Below are positions 35,899 to 49,679 of a stretch of DNA of 64,000 nt, piece after piece. The first letter of the stretch is position 1. Each line of letters opens with the position of its first letter. The notes beneath the pieces were generated by a model that did not search any database, was not told where the DNA came from, and saw nothing but the letters and a program-made list of their open reading frames with translations. This DNA is from Octopus vulgaris (taxonomy: Eukaryota): assembly GCA_951406725.2 (NCBI GenBank), contig OX597817.1, forward strand, positions 53,134,001 through 53,198,000. The letters are read 5' to 3'. The position numbers and the translations under genes are program-made.

Positions 35899-36384
35899 CA
35901 GCACTACACACAAACAGACAATGCATTCCTAGAGGGAGGAAATTTTTCTTCTAATTTCGAAAAGATAGGAAAAGTACCGGTACCATGCGCAACGTCAGCC
36001 ATCCGAAATGACTATTTCGGTAAATATGATCGGTGAAAACCTATCTGCTATCATGGAAGAAGGAGTTGTAATGTTTTGACTAGAGACTGTATTTAAAAAC
36101 CAGCACCACCTCTCCGTCTTTTTCTCTGGCTGTCTGTCTGTGTCTGTCTGTCTGTCTCTCATCATTTTCTCTCCTTCATACATGCTGCCAGTTCGTTAAT
36201 GAAAGATATTTTGCGATATCCTCATGTGTGTTTGTACATATATTCTTTTATTCTTTTACTTGTTTCAGTCATTTGGCTGCGACCATGCTGCAGCATCGCC
36301 TTTAATCGAACAATTTGACCCTCCAGGAACTTTTTTTTGTGAGCCTAGTACTTATTCTATTGGTCTCTTCTTGCCGAACCACTA

Positions 36385-36640
36385 TATAAAAGACAGTCGT
36401 TATGTTCGGCGTGGCTACTGCCGTTTGTTTCGATTATATTGTTATTTCCCTGGTGCAGTGTATTCGTTTATCCATAAGGATATAACATCTGGTGACGAGG
36501 ATCGTTCGAAACTCACATTGGTTATTTGACAATTTCTGCGTCATGGAAAACCTATTAGACGCAGTGTAACAGCTTTAAGAGAAGCAACAGGAACAACTAC
36601 GGGAGTTGCAAAAACTCCCTACAACAACAACAACAATCAA
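36385..36640 (+). mobile_element. Gypsy LTR remnant: LTR end, PBS and decayed gag start
   Basis: ...tataaca-tcTGGTGACGAGG PBS followed by a Q-rich decayed frame. Parallels 54539-54700. Confidence 0.55.
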
Positions 36641-37117
36641 TTGAGTTATAGTCGGTGAAGTCCGGAAATCCAGTGAGCTCCTTTATCCAGTAATCATTAA
36701 AAAGTCCGAAAATTGCCTTGCTGTATTTGTTTCGGATCTTTATATTCTCAGTTCAAATCAATTTGCTTTCCATTCTTTGGTGGTCAAGTACTGGGACCTG
36801 TCTAACCTGATCTGCATGTAATTAGAAAAATGAATCACTCCATGCTGGAGGCGCAAAAAGCATTTTTCTGAAATCATTGCTACTAACTTGCTCTCGTTTA
36901 GTCAAAAAAAGTACATTCTATTTTTTAATTCCTTTTGTCTCAGTATTAAATATTTGTTTGAATTTTTCCGTAAGCTTGTTTTGTCTTCGTCGTTGTTACT
37001 AGTGCTTCTGTTGTTGCTGTTGTTGTTTCTGTTGTGTAGTTTTGCCTGTGTCGGTACCCACGATACAGCCATACATGCGCAGTCACTAACATTTCTGTTT
37101 TTATCATTCCTTTCCAG

Positions 37118-37314
37118 ATTATTTCGAAGCGAAGATGCCCAAAGTCGATGTGGATCAGGTGATGGTGTTAATGCCTGAGGATTGGGAGAGGATTCAATAT
37201 GAGTTACATATGAGGGAAATAGAAGCGGAGAAAATCAAAATATTGAAGAAAAATAAAAAAGCGATTGCGGAAAAATCAAAAAAATTTGTTGAACATTGGC
37301 CCAACACATTAGCA
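37118..37314 (+). CDS. CFAP210: CFAP210/CCDC173-like ciliary coiled-coil protein, first visible exon
   Basis: tttccag acceptor, gtaagt donor. Peptide KVDVDQVMVLMPEDWERIQ...VEHWPNTLA resembles the recalled vertebrate CCDC173 KVDLQQV..EWKRIQ..KHWTNTYA. Confidence 0.85.
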
Positions 37315-37577
37315 GTAAGTGATACATTCTGAGATACTGATCAAAATCTGGCGAGATACTGAGTAAAATTATATCCTGCGAGGCAATTTATTACTTTTTC
37401 AATGTTTCTTTATGACTTCGTTAGTGGAGGGAAGTAACTCTCGTGATTTTGTTAGGGCTTCCGAAACTGGTGAGATGGAAGGCAGACCCGAAACCTTCCT
37501 CAGACATTTACAGCAGAATGGACTCCATTAAGGTTCCCCAAAATGGTGCAATATCGTGTAAATATGCACGTGAATAA

Positions 37578-37625
<48 letters not shown>

Positions 37626-37712
37626 ACCTTGTTAATACTATTAATAACGGCAATAATTCTTCTTTATATATATATATTTATGTATATACATACATACATA
37701 TTTATATATACA

Positions 37713-37761
<49 letters not shown>

Positions 37762-38399
37762 ATTCCATCTCCATCATCATTACAATTCTTGCACCGGTTG
37801 GCACCACGTGTCACAAATCACCATGTTTCTTTATTATCCTTCTTTTATAATGTTCAGCGTTATGAGATGTGTCTTTACTAGTATTTTATACAACAATTCG
37901 TGGATATATACAATATAGCATTGGAAGGTTATTTTAAGCATTTTCACGTGTGAGGGCTTATGGCTCTATAAGTATTCTACTTCATTGTTCTGTATAATGC
38001 ATTCTTATATAACGCATTCTATGATTATACTTTATTCTGTATAATGTATTCGCACACAGTGTACGCTATTGCATTTTTTGTAAAGTACATTCTCATATAA
38101 TGATTTCTGTTCTGTCTTTGTTAAATGAGATTTATCAGAGAATGATTTACCACAGATATCACAGTGGCATGATATCTCTCCCGTGCGAATTTTGTTTGTG
38201 TTGGAGTAGGTCGCTACTTCTGGTAGAAAGTTTACCAGAAATATATCAGTGGTGTTACTTCTCTCCTGTATGAATATGTTTTCCGGAAAGATTTATAGCG
38301 TGTGTGTGCGCTCGCGAGCGGGCGGTGAGTATCGTTATGGTGATTCTGTTAACTATGATAATGTTGCTGATAAGGAATGTGGTGTTGATGTCGCTTTAG

Positions 38400-38573
38400 A
38401 GTCTCCGTCAGAAGAAAATCGAAGACTTCAAACATAAACAACTGATGGAAGAGGAGGAGAAGAAACAAAAGGACCTTGAATGGGCCGAGTACCAAGCGGA
38501 AGTAAGGAAAAATGCCATTGCAGAAGCCAAGAAGAAAATGTACTTCCAGACGGACCGCATCAAGGGTCTGCAT
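38400..38573 (+). CDS. CFAP210: CFAP210-like exon (SLRQKKIEDF...MYFQTDRIKGLH)
   Basis: ctttag/gtgagt, phase 0-0. FQTDRIKGLH matches the conserved YQTERVKNFH-type motif. Confidence 0.88.
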
Positions 38574-38708
38574 GTGAGTAGCTGTGTCCTTTCACGTTTC
38601 CGTATCTGAGCTGGTATTCATTGTAGGTGTCGGGAAATGGGAGTGGTTCCTGTTTTAAGCTTTACATATTCATGTGAATGCATAAATGATGACAGGTGAT
38701 AGACCGAA

Positions 38709-39650
38709 GGCGGTGAGCTGGCAGAAACGTTAGCACGCCGGGCGAAATGCTTAGCGGTATTTCGTTTGCCGTTACGTTCTGAGTTCAAATTCCGCCGAGG
38801 TCGACTTTGCCTTTCATCCTTTCGGGGTCGATAAATTAAGTACCAGTTACGCACTGGGGTGGACGTAATCCACTTAATACATTTGTCTGTCTTTGTTTGT
38901 CCTCTCTGTATTTAGCCCCTTGTGGGTAGTAAAGAAATAGGTATTTCGTCTGCCGCTACATTCTGAGTTCAAATTCCGCCGAGGTCGACTTTGCCTTTCA
39001 TCCTTTCGGGGTCGATAAATTAAGTACCAGTTACGCACTGGGGTGGACGTAATCGACTTAATACTTTTGTCTGTCCTTGTTTGTCCTCTCTGTGTTTAGC
39101 CCCTTGTGGGTAGTAAAGAAATAGGTATTTCGTCTGCCGCTACATTCTGAGTTCAAATTCCGCCGAGGTCGACTTTGCCTTTCATCCTTTCGGGGTCGAT
39201 TAAATAAGTACCAGTTACGCACTGAGGTCGATATAATCGACTTAATACCTTTGTCTGTCCTTGTTTGTCGTCTCTATGTTTAGCCACTTGTGGGTAGTAA
39301 AGAAATAGGTATTTCGTCTGCTGCTACATTCTGAGTTCAAATTCCGCCGAGGTTGACTTTGCCTTTCAACCTTTCGGGGTCGATTAAATAAGTACCAGTT
39401 ACGCACTGGGGTCGATGTAATCGACTTAATCCGTTTGTCTGTCCTTGTTTGTCCTCTCTGTGTTTAGCCCCTAGTGGGTAGTAAAGAAATAGGTATTTCC
39501 TCTGTCTTTACGTTCTGAGTTCAAATGCCTCTGCAGTCAACTTTGCTTTTCATCCTTTTGGGGTCGATACCAGTTGAACACTGGGATCTATATCATCAAC
39601 TTATTCCCTCCCCAAAATCGCTGGCGTTGTGCCAAAATTTGAAATCAATA
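38709..39650 (+). mobile_element. Intronic SINE array: head + four 184-bp units + body with a different tail
   Basis: GGTATTTC restarts at 38756, 38940, 39124, 39308 and 39492. Confidence 0.9.
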
Positions 39651-39877
39651 TTACTAAAACGTGTGTGAAAGTGGGGGGGGGCATTCAAAGCCCTATGAAT
39701 GTTGGTCTCGAATCCGTAATTCATGAAGATTAATTCAATCAACTATGGATGGCCGTTTCCCACATAAAGTATAGATTTTGTCTTGAATTGGTAAATCTTG
39801 GCGATTTGTTGGTTCCTTTCTTGCTGGACCATTCCACATTCTCCTATTTATTTCCTAGTTTTTGTTTCTGATTCCAG

Positions 39878-40083
39878 CGAGGTTTTCAGTTTTCTGAAAT
39901 TCTGAGAGAGAGAGAAGAACAGATAAAGATGAAGAATTTGCAAAGGGAAACTGCAAGAATGCGGGCGGAGATAGACTACAAGGAATTAATGCAACAAAAT
40001 GAAGAGATGGAAAGGATGGAACAGAAGAAGCAAATTAATAAAAAGAAGGCCTTGATGGAACAAATCGAAGATTTTAAAGCCAA
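39878..40083 (+). CDS. CFAP210: CFAP210-like exon (RGFQFSEILREREEQI...EDFKA)
   Basis: ttccag/gtaaga, phase 0-2. SEILREREEQI is typical of the start of the trichohyalin-plectin-homology domain. Confidence 0.88.
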
Positions 40084-40162
40084 GTAAGACATACGCACAA
40101 TTTCTATGTTGGGTACCTAACAACTACTTTACGGGCATTTATAGTTTTTGAGACAGAGGTAG

Positions 40163-40169
40163 ATGTATG

Positions 40170-40203
<34 letters not shown>

Positions 40204-40239
40204 TGTATGTATGTATGTATGTATGTATTTATATATGTA

Positions 40240-40270
<31 letters not shown>

Positions 40271-40965
40271 ATGTATGTATGTATGCATGCACGCATGTAT
40301 GTATTTATGTATGTATGTATGTATGTATGCATGCATGCATGCATGTATGTATTTATGTATGTTTGTATTTATGTATGTATGTATTTATGTATGTTTGTAT
40401 ATATGTATGTATATATGTATGTATGTATGTACGTATTTATGTATGTTTGTATTTATGTATGTATGTACGTATTTATGTATGTTTGTATTTATGTATGTAT
40501 GTATTTATGTATGTATGTATGTATGTATGTATGTACGTATTTATGTATGTTTGTATTTATGTATGTTTGTATTTATGTATGTATGTATTTATGTATGTAT
40601 GTATGTATGTATGTACGTATTTATGTATGTTTGTATTTATGTATGTATGTATTTATGTATGTTTGTATTTATGTATGTATGTATGTATGTATGTATGTAT
40701 GTATGTACGTATTTATGTATGTATGTATTTATGTATGTATTTATGTATGTATGTATTTATGTATGTTTGTATTTATGTATGTATGTATGTATGTATGTAT
40801 GTACGTATTTATGTATGTTTGTATTTATGTATGTATGTATTTATGTATGTATGTATGTACGTATCTATGTATGTATGTATGTATGTATTTATGTATGTTT
40901 GTATTTATGTATGTATGTATGTATGTATGTATGTATGTATGTATGTATGTATGTATGTATGTATT
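40163..40965. repeat. ~800-bp patterned (TATG)n/TATT/TTTG microsatellite
   Basis: Directly visible; source of the MYVC pseudo-ORFs. Confidence 0.95.
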
Positions 40966-41179
40966 ATAGTTTTGAAAGCACAACTACGCTCTGATTTGAT
41001 CTTATTAACGTTTTGTTACGCCCTCATTTCAGAGGTAGAAACAAAAGACACATGGAGAGATGGGGTGGTTTTAACTGATCATGACTGCTTAGACACATGG
41101 ACACATGGGTACATGCCCGCACGTATGCATGTGTGTGTGTGTGGTTGTGTGTGTATGTTTGTGCGCGTGTGTGTGTATG

Positions 41180-41236
<57 letters not shown>

Positions 41237-41254
41237 ATGTATATGTATATATGG

Positions 41255-41296
<42 letters not shown>

Positions 41297-41317
41297 ATGT
41301 ATATGCATATATGAATA

Positions 41318-43910
41318 TACTTTGATACTTTGATACTTTGATAGGTTTCGGCCATTATTGGCCCAGGCCATGTCTAACTTAATAGCACCACCTGGTGAAG
41401 TCTTTCAAATCAGAATTTGGGCACTATGGCCCACTCAAGTAGAGAGTTATTGTTTACAGAGACATATCCGGGTGTAGGGGGTTTATCCGGGATTTCTTGA
41501 AGGAATCTGTCCAAAGACTTCTTGAACCCTATAGGGTCAGTTTCTGTTTTAATGTGTTTTGGTGTAATGTTAAAGAGAGCGGGGCCAATTGAGGTGAAAT
41601 AATTGTGCCGTATTGTTGTTATGAGATGAGAGTGCGATTTTTTGTTTTGGGCAGATGGCACGGGGCCCAAGCCTTGGATGTACCTTAAAGGTGATGCCAA
41701 CATCATTTGGGCAATGCAGATGGAATATTTTCCACATCATGCAGATGATGTAGCGCTCACGACGACGTTGGAGAGAATAGAGTTTTAGCTTTTCTAGTCG
41801 ACCCCAATAGTCGAGGCCTGTCATGCCATCTATCTTTTTTGTGATTGCCCTTTGAGGTGCTTCAACTTTTATGATACCTTGTATTGTGTGGGGAGACCAC
41901 AGTGGACAACAGTATTCAAGGTGGGGTCGGGCAAAAGTGGAGAAGAGAAGGATAATGGTGTGGATATCTCTCGACTGGAAAGTTCTGAGAATCCAGGAAC
42001 ACATTCTGCGGGCCATGTCAACTTTGGTGTTTATATGAGTGGCCCAGCTTATGTTGTTGTCCACAATTACTCCCAAGTCTCTGATGTTGTTGGACGCCGC
42101 GAGAGTTTCACCTGAAGGAAGGGAGTATGGGAGTTTCAGGGCATCCTCTTTTCCAAAGTTGGATTAACTCAAATTTATCCTCGTTCAGCAGCATATTGTT
42201 TTTTTCTGCCCATTGGATAACAGCCAGTAGATCTGACTGAAGGCATGTCCGGTCACTCGTCTCATTTATGACCTTCTGTAGCTTGGAGTCATCTGCAAAG
42301 ATTTTTATGTTGCTGTGCTTGATGATGTCATTAATGTCATTAATGTAAATGATGAAAAGAAGTGGGCCCAGCACAGTGCCTTGCGGAACGCCTCTACTGA
42401 CTTTGGCTGGGCTTGATTTTACCCCTTCAACTACAACATGTTGAGATCTGTCTGTCAGGAAACACTTGATCCATTTCAGTAACTTTCCAGAGACACCAAT
42501 GTTGGATAGTTTTTTCAATAGGATCTTGTGATCGACCCTGTCGAAGGCCTTACTGAAATCAAGGTAGATGACATCGGTGTTGGAGCCCTCTCCCAAAGCT
42601 CTCAAAATGTCCTCAAGGTGATGCAGGAGCTGCGTTAGGCAGTCCCTTCCATTACGGAACCCATGTTGGTTGGAGATCAGCCGTCTGTTGCTTTCCAGAA
42701 ATTGGGTTATTCGAGATCTCACCACCCTCTCAAATACCTTGATGATATGAGAGGTGAGTGAGATCGGACGGTAGTTCACTGCAAGGGACTTGTTTCCCTT
42801 TTTGAAAACTGGGACAACAGACTGGGACAGAAGGTTTTTTGGAATATAGCCAGCATCCAGTGAGTTTCTCCACAGATTAGCAAGGGGAGATGCAAGTTGG
42901 TGTCGACACACCTTCAGGACACAAGCAGGGAACCTATCGGGGCCTACTGCTGAATTGTGTTTTATTTCGTTTATCGCCGCTAAGACATCAGGGGCACTAA
43001 ACGTTATGTCCGATATAGTGTGTTGGGGGTTGACATCACTGATACAGCCCAGATCGGCCATATCAGGATTGCTGAAAACAGAGCAGTATTGTTTCTGCAG
43101 TATCTCGGCCATGGATTTAGCGTTATCTTGGAGAGTGCCAGTTTCATCAATTAGAGGGCCAACAATGGAGGCAGTGACCCTGCGTTTCCTCGCAAATGAA
43201 AAGAACACTTTGGGGTTGAGTTTGATTTTTTCAATGGCCCACTTCTCCTCAGCTGATCTTTGGTTATTGATGAGGGTCTTCATGCATTGTTGGAGGCTAT
43301 ATTTTTTGGATTCAAGCAGTGCGATAGCCGTCGAATGTGTGTGTTGCTGTTGGCAGTACTTTAGTTTGTTAATTTTTTTGTTTGTTCTTTTTATTTTTCT
43401 GATAATGGTTTTTCTGTTTTGGGGGATTCTGCACTTTTTGTTCACAGGTCTTGGTGGGGAGTGTTTTGCACATATGTCTGTGACGGTGTCTACAAAGATC
43501 TGCCAAGATGTTTTATGGTTGGTGGAGATGTGTGTATGTGTAAAGGACCAGTCAACATGTGATAGCTCGTTCCTGATTGCATCCCAGTTGGCATTATGGG
43601 GATCCATGTTGTCAAATGGGTGGGCTGGAGGGAGGTCACTAGGATTAGCTTTCGGCTGGTGGAATTTCATGTTACAGAGAACCATGTCATGGTCTGAAAG
43701 AAGGTTTTTTTCCACTGTAACGTTATGTATAGTGTTAGTGTGGTTACTAAACACTAGGTCCAAAATGTTCTGATGTCTTGTTGGTGCAAGGACAAGTTGG
43801 GACAAGAAAAACTCATTCGTAAAGTCGAAAAGTGACTCTGCTGCTTCTTTGTCAGCGGTTGAGGCGGGAGTGCTTGGTTTCAAACAGTTTGTAGTCCAGT
43901 CAACACAGGG
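41318..43910 (-). mobile_element. Second CR1/L2-group LINE, 5'-truncated, antisense in the CFAP210 intron; (ATCAAAGT)n tail
   Basis: ORF 42108..43883 (endonuclease end LDLVF/SDH, NYRPISLTS, YLDFSKAFD, GVPQGTVLGP, FADD) plus frameshifted C-terminal pieces. Confidence 0.92.
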
Positions 43911-43913
43911 TAG

Positions 43914-43945
<32 letters not shown>

Positions 43946-43963
43946 ATGTATATGTATATATGG

Positions 43964-43994
<31 letters not shown>

Positions 43995-44007
43995 TACTTA
44001 TACATAC

Positions 44008-44077
<70 letters not shown>

Positions 44078-44149
44078 CCATGTTGATTCGTTAGCTACTG
44101 CACGCATTTTTTTCTCTCCTTCTTTCTGTGTTTTTTTTCTCTCTGTGTA

Positions 44150-44187
44150 TCTTTCTGTTGAAGAGCGTAGGCTCGAAACGTTAAAGA
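44150..44187 (+). ncRNA. Minimal type-I hammerhead-like motif with CUGUUGA core variant
   Basis: TCTTT-CTGTTGA-A-GAGC-GTAG-GCTC-GAAAC-GTT-AAAGA. Confidence 0.5.
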
Positions 44188-44285
44188 CTTGTTTTATTTA
44201 TATTTCCTGAGCGCCATACTAATACAATTGTTCGTTTGTTTTCCACCTGCCTTCGTCTTTTGTCTATTTTCATAAAGCTTCCCGT

Positions 44286-44340
<55 letters not shown>

Positions 44341-44680
44341 CAATATTGAAGGTAAAGAAAATGGAGAAAAATGGATGTATGAATAATTTCTTTGTATGTT
44401 ATAAAATGTTGAAAATTTCTTTTAAAAAACATAACAGTACAAATTAATAAATTGATTGCAAGTTGTAAAGCTCGAAAAGAAAAAGAAAAGAACCTACATA
44501 TATGTTTCAGTACTATCCCATAGCTGATCAGAAATTCTGGTTAAATGCTAAGAAAGATATCATATTCTAACTATATGGGGTAGAACTTCTTCAGGGTTAT
44601 AATGAGCTTATAGAATTTAGGCTTTCATTTATCCTTTGAAGCATGCATACAGAGTATTAGTGAGTTTAAGAAGTTGAATG

Positions 44681-44719
<39 letters not shown>

Positions 44720-45106
44720 TGTATCTAGGTGATGGGTTATATATATTCATGAATTTACCATGTATTAGAAAACAAAGAATTAAAGTATGCATAAAAAATA
44801 AAATAAAGAAAAAAATAATAAAAGCATAAAATAGAATGAAATAAAAAAAATCAACACATAGATTTTTCTTATTGGTTTGGTAATAGATACAGTTGTGGAC
44901 AGGTGTAGAGGAATAGCAAAATGTCACATAATCAGAATGGAGGATAGATGGAATTTTGAAAACTGACCGTTATAATGCGTATCTTGTGAAACTTATAAAC
45001 CGTTATTCATTAGTGTATATAAATACATATTTAAATTAATGTATTTACACGTTGGGACATGCACATCCAATACATAGTTACCAGTACATATTTTATTGAG
45101 TACACG

Positions 45107-45169
<63 letters not shown>

Positions 45170-45857
45170 GTAACAGAAAAGAAGAATTTCGATTATCCCC
45201 ACGTGGTGAGTTGTAATGTATATAAGAAATTAAAAAAGGAAATACGCACACTTACGTAGTTTTAATATAATTTTTAATATATTGACCGGTTTCGCTATCG
45301 CTATTCATGATATTATGTTTTACTTATTTGAATATGTATTTTTTCTTAAGAAGAAATTTTGTCCATGTTGTGTGTGATGAAATATGTATGTATGTATATA
45401 TATGTGTGTGTGTGTGCAGATAAAACTTACTTGGAAAAGGATGCGTGGCGTTCGATCATATAATATAAAATATAATATAAATAATATATAAATATATGCA
45501 TATATACATACATATATGTATATATCTACACACACACACACACACACATATATATATGTGTGTGTGTGTATGTATGTATATATGTATATATGTATATATA
45601 CATGCATATATGGGTACAGGACATAAAAAACGTTGAACTCAATGAGAAACAAAAGCCAAAACAAATACATAAAAACGAAATTTTCTTCCGAACAACGAAA
45701 AAAACAACCAGAAAAACGAGACAAGTAACATAAAGAATATTCTCTTTGTTCAGTTGTCCCTGTTTCAACTACTACGCGTTTCGAAGGTAATATATATATA
45801 TGTAGGTATGTACATATATGTATGTATATATGCATATATTTATGTATTATTTATAGA

Positions 45858-45910
<53 letters not shown>

Positions 45911-46085
45911 CGTATGAACGTATGTATGTAGGTTTATGTATATGTATATATAGGCACATACATATGTATCAATACATATAAATATATGCACACACACGCA
46001 CATACAAGTGCGTACACACATTTCTTAGGTGATCGTTAAAAACATTAATCATGCATGTGTATTCATATGTATGTGTGTATGTATG

Positions 46086-46119
<34 letters not shown>

Positions 46120-46149
46120 TGTATGTATTCTTATGCATATAGTTACATA

Positions 46150-46395
46150 TTTTGACATGCTCATATATTTTTAAATAATAAACTTTTGGAAAGTTTTACA
46201 GATTTTTACAGTTCCAGTGATGGCTTGGATCTGTAGTCCTCGAATTAGCTTTCTCCTTCCTGGTTTTGAGAAACCTAATTTCTCAAGACTGGTATTTAGG
46301 CAGTGTGTTACATATCCCAGGGCCCCAATGATTACTGGTATAAACCTAAACTTGTAATCTGGATAGAGTAACAGCAGATTTTTCAATAGTTCTCA
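46150..46395 (-). mobile_element. RLE retrotransposon C-terminal fragment within (TATG)n
   Basis: [19 protein letters not shown]...GTVKICKTF, homologous to 2880-3100. Confidence 0.75.
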
Positions 46396-47094
46396 ATATG
46401 TATGTGTGCATGTACGCATGTATGTATATATATATATATGTGTATGTGTATGTATGTATGTGTGTGTGTATGTATGTATGTATGTATGTGTATGTATGTA
46501 TGTATGTATGTATGTATGTATATGTATGTATGAATGTATGTATGTATGTATGTATGTATTTATGTATGTATATATGTATGTATGTATGTATTTATGTGCG
46601 TATGTATGTATGTATGTATGTATGTGCGTATGTATGTATGTATGTATGTATATATGCAATATCACGTCTAATTAGATAAAGTAATATGCAATTAATGCAC
46701 AAGGATGCCCTGCTGCCCAAAACTGCAAATTGAACTGCAACAAAATGCAAGGATGTCATAGCTGCATAGTAACGACTGGCTGCAGGTCAATCCTTTGGTT
46801 TGAAGTCACGAGCATGAATTGAGCAGCCATGATTAGAAAAAGGATAAGATTATGAGCAGGCAAAACAATTGAGATCAGTTTAGACTATGGCATTTGCATC
46901 TATGAACATGATTGTACATGAGTGTAAGGACATAAGGAGGAAGAAAGGAAAGAGGTATTTTCCTTCTTTTTTATGATCTGTACGCATGTAACATCAGGGT
47001 GAAACATTGCCTGCTCTTACTTTTAGCATTTTATATGTATATATGTATATATGTATATATATATATATATCATACATATATATTATATACATAT

Positions 47095-47199
<105 letters not shown>

Positions 47200-47229
47200 T
47201 GTATACACGACGAACTTCTTTCAGTTTCC

Positions 47230-47457
47230 TATTTCTTTACTGCCCACAAGGGGCTACATAAAGAGGGGCAAACAAGGACAGACAAACGGATTAAGTCGAT
47301 TATGTCGACCCCAGTGCGTAACTGGTACTTATTTAATCGACCTCGAAAGGATGAAAATCAAAGTCGACCTCGGCGGAATTTGAACTCAGAACGTAGCGGC
47401 AGGCGCAATACTGTTAAGCATTTCGCCCGGCGTGCTAACCTTTCTGCCAGTTCGCCA
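47230..47457 (-). mobile_element. Monomeric copy of the 184-bp-unit SINE
   Basis: Head + body + tail ending GTAAAGAAATA|GG. Confidence 0.85.
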
Positions 47458-47479
47458 TCCAAGACACAGTCAACGCCAT

Positions 47480-49198
47480 CGGAGACTTTTAGTAGAACAA
47501 AAAGTAGAAACTCTTGTAAGAGATGCACTTTGGTGTAGAGTTTCCAGAGAAAACGTCAGCAAATTTAAGCAAGATGCTTCTCAGCACAGTTTATATTGGT
47601 AAAATAATCAGGGATTAGCACTTAATATTAGCCATCATCATGACGTAGATGATCTTCGACAAGATAACGTTGATTTTTTTTCTATTGAAAGTGGAAGTAC
47701 AGTGTCATAATTGCAACAAGTTCGTGTTTTCTGGAATCGTAAAAATTTAAAGGATTCACATTCTGTAGACAATAAATGAGAAGCAAAATATTTAAATCAT
47801 TATATAAGAAAATTCGACGGTGCCATGTCCCATATGTTCTATGGAACTAGATGATGCAACAGAGACTAGAAGACTTGCTGCTTATGGAATACAGGGAGTT
47901 GTATACAGGTTTGTTGGTCATACAAGAAATGTTGGTCATAGCGTACAATCCTGCCTACATACTTACTTCAGTGTCCGATAGAACAGATAAGGAGGCAACG
48001 CATTGAAAGAATGCCTAGGTGTAATGCTGAATAAGTTCTCGATGAAATAATATTTTGGAAATTATATTCGGCTGTGACATCTGCCGGAAATAGTTACTAG
48101 CAGTCTTACTTATCAGTGCAGGAACAAATTGATGTTGGAAATGTTCCCGCAACTTTACAGATAGATTTACACGCCGATAAGAAGTCAGTTGGTGAACATT
48201 ACTTGACATGTTAATTACCATCTTGCTACGAACTTGCCATACTAATGCCAGATGTTCATAAAGAAGGAGCACATAATTCACAAAGAATGATTATAACAGG
48301 TTTTAGAGTAGGAAATAAGATTGAAAATTTAGAAAACTGTTAGTGACTCTCATAAAGTTTATGATCCAATGATGCAGCCATGTTTCTTCCTTCCGGTTCA
48401 AATAGCTGGCATCTTGTGTCATTAGATAAGATGGTCAACTAGCAAATGACCCGTATATAGTTTAATTGCTTCATTCTGTTTGCTATCAGTTAATATATTA
48501 CACCATGGACAACGTTTGTTTTAGCAGTATTGAGATGAATACAAGTTAAAGTCCTGTCGTCTAAAACACATTCGCAGCCATCAAGCGACATCGAGAACAG
48601 AATTACGTAATGTTTTTTACAGATACTGTTTACACTGTTGATGCTGATCTTACAAGTCACAGGTATACACTGCCCCTAACCCCTAAGGTGGCGAGCTGGC
48701 AGAAACGTTAGCACGCCGGGCGAAATGCTTAGCGGTATTTCGTCTGCCGCTACGTTCTGAGTTCAAATTCCGCCGAGGTCGACTTTGCCTTTCATCCTTT
48801 CGGGGTCGATTGAATAAGTACCAGTTACGCACTGGGGACGATTTAATTGACTTAATCCGTTTGTCTGTCTTTGTTTGTCCTCTCTGTATTTAGTCCCTTG
48901 TGGGTAGTAAAGAAATAGGTGTACACTGCCAAATTCACTTGTAGGTAGTGATGGATATATAGTGAAGCACTACCAAGATGTTGTGGCTGTAGTAAGAACA
49001 GTTGGAAAAACCTACTTTACTTGCAATTTTCACATGTAATTTTAAGTGGGTAGAAGTAGAAAACGAGCTTATTAGAGGGCAAAGAGCTGTTGATTGCCCA
49101 AATATTACTGTAAAGATTAAGTTGAAGCGGCAATTATTATTGAAAGACATTAAATCTGATCTCCTTGGAAAAGTAATTGTTTATGTGAACGAGATATG

Positions 49199-49200
<2 letters not shown>
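47480..49200 (+). mobile_element. Degenerate Helitron Rep region
   Basis: KPTLLAIFTCNFKWVEVENEL..GQRAVDCPNI..., YDPM motif. Heavily disrupted. Confidence 0.6.
48687..48917 (+). mobile_element. Monomeric SINE with apparent TSD
   Basis: ggtatacactgcc (48662-48674) and ggtgtacactgcc (48918-48930) flank the copy. Confidence 0.85.
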
Positions 49201-49234
<34 letters not shown>

Positions 49235-49369
49235 TATTTATACACATACATACGCACACACGCACATTTATTGATCAATATAGCTATCTCGGTAACCATC
49301 TACCTCTGTACTTCTCTATTTACCTTACCTTCTCTTTCTGCCTCTGTCTCTCTTTCCGTCTCTGTCTGT

Positions 49370-49445
<76 letters not shown>

Positions 49446-49679
49446 CCTCTCACTCTAAAGTGCATGTATACTTGAATAACATTTGAGAATCAAAACTTGT
49501 AGTGACAGTCAACTGTATCTATGATACATTTGCTTCGACAAGTATTGTATGTTTTCGAGAGCATATTTCGTTATGGCCGGTTAACACGCTTACATACACA
49601 GACACACACACCCATACACCCATACATACATACATACATACATACATACATACATACATACATACATACATACATACAT

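Noticed and set aside
38756-39492. 184-bp array as a CRISPR array or hammerhead retrozyme
   Set aside because: No unique spacers, eukaryotic context, and no CUGANGA/GAAA core found on either strand.
40163-41325. Long ORFs of MYVC/YI/HT repeats (also 2257-2871, 9186-9989, 24593-25348)
   Set aside because: Translations of stop-free microsatellites.
42955-43773. 272-aa + strand ORF
   Set aside because: Antisense shadow of the LINE ORF2.
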